The notes under the pieces were generated by a model. The model did not search any database. It had not been told where the DNA came from and saw only the letters and a list, made by a program, of their open reading frames with translations. A stretch of 63,908 nt of DNA, the filler included, from Basidioascus undulatus (Eukaryota): NCBI GenBank assembly GCA_000826855.1. It is 19 parts of 19 records of this genome, joined end to end, with 100 filler letters (N's around TTAATTAATTAA, not from the genome) between each part and the next. Parts side by side here need not be neighbours in the genome. Positions count along the whole stretch, not along the records: positions 61,737 to 63,908 come from JTLS01002889.1; 18 more parts are not named here. One strand, written 5' to 3'. Shown one piece after another: positions 61,737-63,908 of this stretch. Each line of letters starts with the position of its first letter. Positions within the stretch are counted from its first letter, which is position 1. The translations under genes were made by a program, and so were the position numbers.

Positions 61737-63038
61737 GGGCGTGAGGGAGGGGAGGAGGAGGAGCAGGAGGAGTAGGAGGAAGAGGGGGAGGAACCGGAAA
61801 ATCTGTCGGTCGAAGACCGCCGCTGGCGGTGCGGACGCAACAGTCTTGTCGCCGTCCCAGCGCAGCGCGGAAAGCCCCAGGAGCGGCGCGCGCTCGTTGT
61901 GGGCCGCCGAAGCGATGGGAGCGGGCGAGGCCGAGCGATCGCGCGACTTCCCGCCGCCCCCGGAGAGATGCTGCTCGAAGAACGAGCGGCCCGCCACGGT
62001 CTCCTGCCCTGTCGAATCCTTCCCGCCATGCAGCTTGCCCGCGACGCGTTCGCCGAGCTTCCCAAGGCGATCAAGCACCCCAGCCGGTGGGGACGGAGAC
62101 GCGCCCGCGCTTGTGCTCGCCTGCGCCTCGGCGGGCGGGCGGCCGGAGGAGGGACGGCTCAGGCGAGGGGATGCGGTCAAGCGTGTGTTGGAGGCGCTCG
62201 AAGAAGCTCGCGCGGAAGCCGCCATGCGCGGCTGCGGGCTCGATGAGGGCGTCGGGTCCGGGAGAGGGACCGCGGATGGGTTCGGGGACGAGGGCGAGCC
62301 GTCGAGGTGGTCGATGACTTCGTCGATTGGTCCGAGATGCGCGCGCGGAGGGACGCTTGCGGAGCGGGGGCGTGGAGGAGGGCGGGGCTGCCGTGCTCGT
62401 CGTCCTCGGCGGAAGACGAGGAGGAAAAGCTGCTCACCGCGTCGTACTCGAGCTTGTCCGCCCCGTCGACGATCCACCACCCGAGGAGCTGCGCGCCTAC
62501 CGCTCCCCAGGCCGCGACGAGCCAGTCCCTTCCGAGCAGGCCGAACCACGGGGCGGTCCACTGCCCGGGGTCGCCCTCGAGTGGCGTCCAGTCCCTGCCG
62601 CCCGATCCCGCTCCAGCGGCCATAGAGCAACCACGTCGTCGACCAGAGGAGTGGGAAGGTCGCGAAGCGGAGCCAGGCGGAGCGGGTCGGGTTGAGGGCT
62701 GGGTGGAGGGAGGCGTGGACGGGGAAGAGCGCGATATGAGAGAGGAGCGCCGAGAGAGAGAGAAGGACGAGGACGCTTAGTGTGCTCGGGGGGCCGTATA
62801 AGGCTGTGGAGAGCGAGGAGAGGTACGCCGCCGCTGTGCTCAGCGCGAGGACGAGCACGGCGGGTGCGAGTGCGCCGCTGGAGCGGGCGAAGGCGCTCCA
62901 TGAGAAGGAGCGCGAGCAAGACCGGCACACCGCTGGGTGCGGGTTCGGCCCCATTGCGGCTATGGCGAGGACGAGAGTGGGAAGGGCGAGGGTGAGGTGC
63001 GGATGGGCGACGAGTGTGCGCCGCGCCAGGGGGGACAT
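61737..63038 (-). CDS. Apolipoprotein N-acyltransferase (Lnt)-like membrane protein, N-terminal TM region, with frameshifts, 3'-truncated
   Basis: FATFPLLWSTTWLLYGRWSGIGRQG (frameshift near 62594) DWTPLEG...WTAPWFGLLGRDWLVAAWGAV; nitrilase domain not in contig. Confidence 0.6.
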
Positions 63039-63557
63039 GTTCAGCTGGAGGAGCAGGCGCAGGGACCGCCCCGTGTTGAGCGCCGACTATGCGCGCGCGT
63101 ACATCTGATAGAGCGACGACATTGCGATCGAGGTCAATGGGAAGGGTCAAGCGAAAGAGCGAACGATGAGCTTGAGGGCTGGTCAAGCAAGTGGGTGGCA
63201 GGCCTGCGGCGAGGCCAGGGCGGAGAACAGCAGGGACCGAGCGGACGGAAGACACTGAACGCTGGAAGCCTGCCCATACTAGGTCAGTAGTGGAGAGAAT
63301 GATACTTGATAGCGGATGAATAAATCGGAAGAAGGGCGCGGATCCGGACGGCAGAGAGTTTGCGATCGGCGATGATGAGCGGAGAGGTAAGGGGCTGAGC
63401 GAGCCCGCCAGCGCTGCCAGCGAGCAGTCATGGCGAAGTCCAAGGCGGTGAAATCCACGATGCCCAATCCATGGAACCGGCACCCACTCCATGATGATAC
63501 TATTTCAATAATGTCGTAATGTATCGCAACTTTCGTGCGTCGAACTCGAATTGTACA

Positions 63558-63834
63558 TTACAAAACCTCACCCAAAAGCTCACCCACGTCCCCGGGCCCC
63601 TTGCTCTCAAACGGCACCAGCATCGTAAACTGTGTCGTAACGCACATCGACTTCTTCCACTTCTCGAGCGTCTTCCCCGCAGCATGCTTGGGCGGCCAAT
63701 CGACGAACCCAAACTTCCCGCGGAAGGCGAATCACTTCTGCTCGGGGTTCAGCGGCACGGGCGGCATGTCGCTCCGCGCGAGAGCCGCGCGCCCGGCGTC
63801 GTCCCCTTCGCGACCGTGTGGATGACGTGCACCG
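63558..63834 (-). pseudogene. Last exon of an unidentified gene with a frameshift and an in-frame TGA
   Basis: After CACAG acceptor: VHVIHTVAKGTTPGAR (shift) RSDMPPVPLNPEQK*FAFRGKFGFVDWPPKH...EVL*. Confidence 0.45.
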
Positions 63835-63908
63835 CTGTGAAGGTGAGCGGGTCGGAGGACCGGTGCGGTGGATGTCAGAGGCGGGGGGAGGGGCGAGCTC
63901 GGCTTCGG

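Noticed and set aside
63730..63775. TGA reassignment or readthrough suggested by in-frame TGA codons
   Set aside because: Intact genes (ARI1, cyclin, SEC61) terminate at TGA, and the in-frame stops co-occur with frameshifts

Overview
This is eukaryotic DNA from a GC-rich, intron-dense basidiomycete fungus (inferred from GT/GC-AG introns with CTRAC branch points and the gene families present). It is not one locus. Nineteen contigs (most about 2.2 kb, one 22.7 kb) are joined by 18 artificial N44-TTAATTAATTAA-N44 spacers, so adjacency across spacers is meaningless. Family calls come from my reading of the spliced translations; no database search was run. Recognisable genes, many truncated: Ariadne RBR ligase, cactin, NAR1, YND1 apyrase, a GST, urg1-type GTP cyclohydrolase II, RHO3, a SelK-like Cys homologue, an alpha/beta hydrolase, 3-hydroxybutyryl-CoA dehydrogenase, TRM140/METTL2, TAF6, SED5, a DYRK kinase, an FCP1-like HAD protein, a lipase-3-type protein, SEC61, NOP12, a G1 cyclin, ATP11 and an Lnt-like protein. 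The long contig interleaves intact housekeeping genes with several decayed genes, including two diverged paralogues of a MYND-associated family. The most unusual segment is 58389-59362. There a short nuclear ORF is cut off by mitochondrial-looking DNA in which a membrane-protein ORF is bracketed by two copies of a structured, potentially pseudoknotted motif, each preceded by GC double hairpins.
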